Shown one piece after another: positions 63,131 through 64,000 of a stretch of DNA of 64,000 bases. The position numbers and the translations under genes are program-made. This DNA comes from Octopus bimaculoides (taxonomy: Eukaryota). A model generated the notes under the pieces. That model saw only the letters and a list, made by a program, of their open reading frames with translations. It did no database searches and was not told where the DNA came from. Location: NCBI RefSeq assembly GCF_001194135.2, contig NC_069005.1:20977947-21041946 (forward strand), given 5' to 3'. Every line of letters starts with the position of its first letter. Positions within the stretch are counted from its first letter, which is position 1.

Positions 63131-63414
63131 GAAACCCTGTCAAGCCAAGTGAGATTCTAGTCATGGCCGATGCCAGTGACACGTAACTGACACCCATACC
63201 AGTGGTATGTAAAAAGCACCCACTACACTCTTGGAGTGATTGGCATTAGGAAGGGCATCCAGCCGTAGAAACCATGCTAAATCAGACTGGAACCTGGTGT
63301 AACTCCCCTGCTTACTAGCTTTCAGTCAAACTGTCCAACCCATGCTAGCATGGAAAACAGATGTTAAATGGTGATGATGATGATGATGAAAATTTTGTTG
63401 AATTTTCATGTGAC

Positions 63415-63640
63415 GCCTCATTTGGGTCATGTTTCATTTGGTATAATTTCACAAATTTTTGGAAATATGTGATAACTGAGTACCTAGAATTGGTATCCAA
63501 AGCTCTGAAATATTTAATGCCATTCCCGACTACATTCTTATTCGAGCAGGCTTTCTCACAGCTGTTTTAACTGACTACTATTGCATGTGAAATCCAGAAC
63601 ATAGTAGCAACAAAACAGCATCGCTTGTCTCAGTAAACAA
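63415..63640 (+). mobile_element. hAT transposase fragment 3 (dimerisation domain)
   Basis: FWKYVITEYLELVSKALKYLMPFPTTFLFEQAFSQL is the hATC consensus-like segment. Confidence 0.85.
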
Positions 63641-64000
63641 AAGTTTTTAAATGCTGCCATTTATTTAATTGCATATTTTATTACAGAAATCTTTCAGTTG
63701 GGAAGATGAAACTGGCAGAATGAGTTTAAATGTTATTTAATAAAATCAATTTGTTGAGTAGTGAAACCTTTCAAAACTCAGGATTTTTCTCAGCCATTCA
63801 TTGAAATACAAGAGGTCTTTGGTAATATAAAAGTGCATGTGTATGTATTTATGTAGGCGATATGTTGTATGTATGTATGTATATATTCAATTATGTGTGT
63901 GTGTTAGGTATGTATACATGCTTGTGTATACATGTATTTGTGTGTATATATAATGTGTATGTTTTTGTGTGTATGTGTAATTATATATATTTGTCATAAA

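Overview
AT-rich, repeat-dense animal genomic scaffold with N gaps. The SINE, RTE and microsatellite landscape points to an octopus or other cephalopod (inference). I can support three host genes. (1) A complete 10-exon XRCC4 on the minus strand (25621 to 4177, 314 aa), reconstructed by hand from GT-AG boundaries and mostly invisible in the ORF track. (2) The first coding exon of ELP4 on the plus strand (36827-36962), head-to-head with XRCC4; I found no further ELP4 exon in the window. (3) A FERM plus PTP phosphatase of the PTPN14/PTPN21/Pez family (51772-55146, +) whose 3.4 kb CDS has no introns. There is also a candidate signal-peptide exon at 60.5 kb. The rest is mostly mobile DNA: several tRNA-derived SINE families, RTE LINE 3' ends, Tc1/mariner, hAT, Helitron and piggyBac-like remnants, foldback MITEs and microsatellites. 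I did not find a convincing wholly new biological system. The most interesting items are gene architecture (possible nesting, intronless PTP, overlapping promoters), long intronic hairpins and a tandem-CCCH retroelement remnant.
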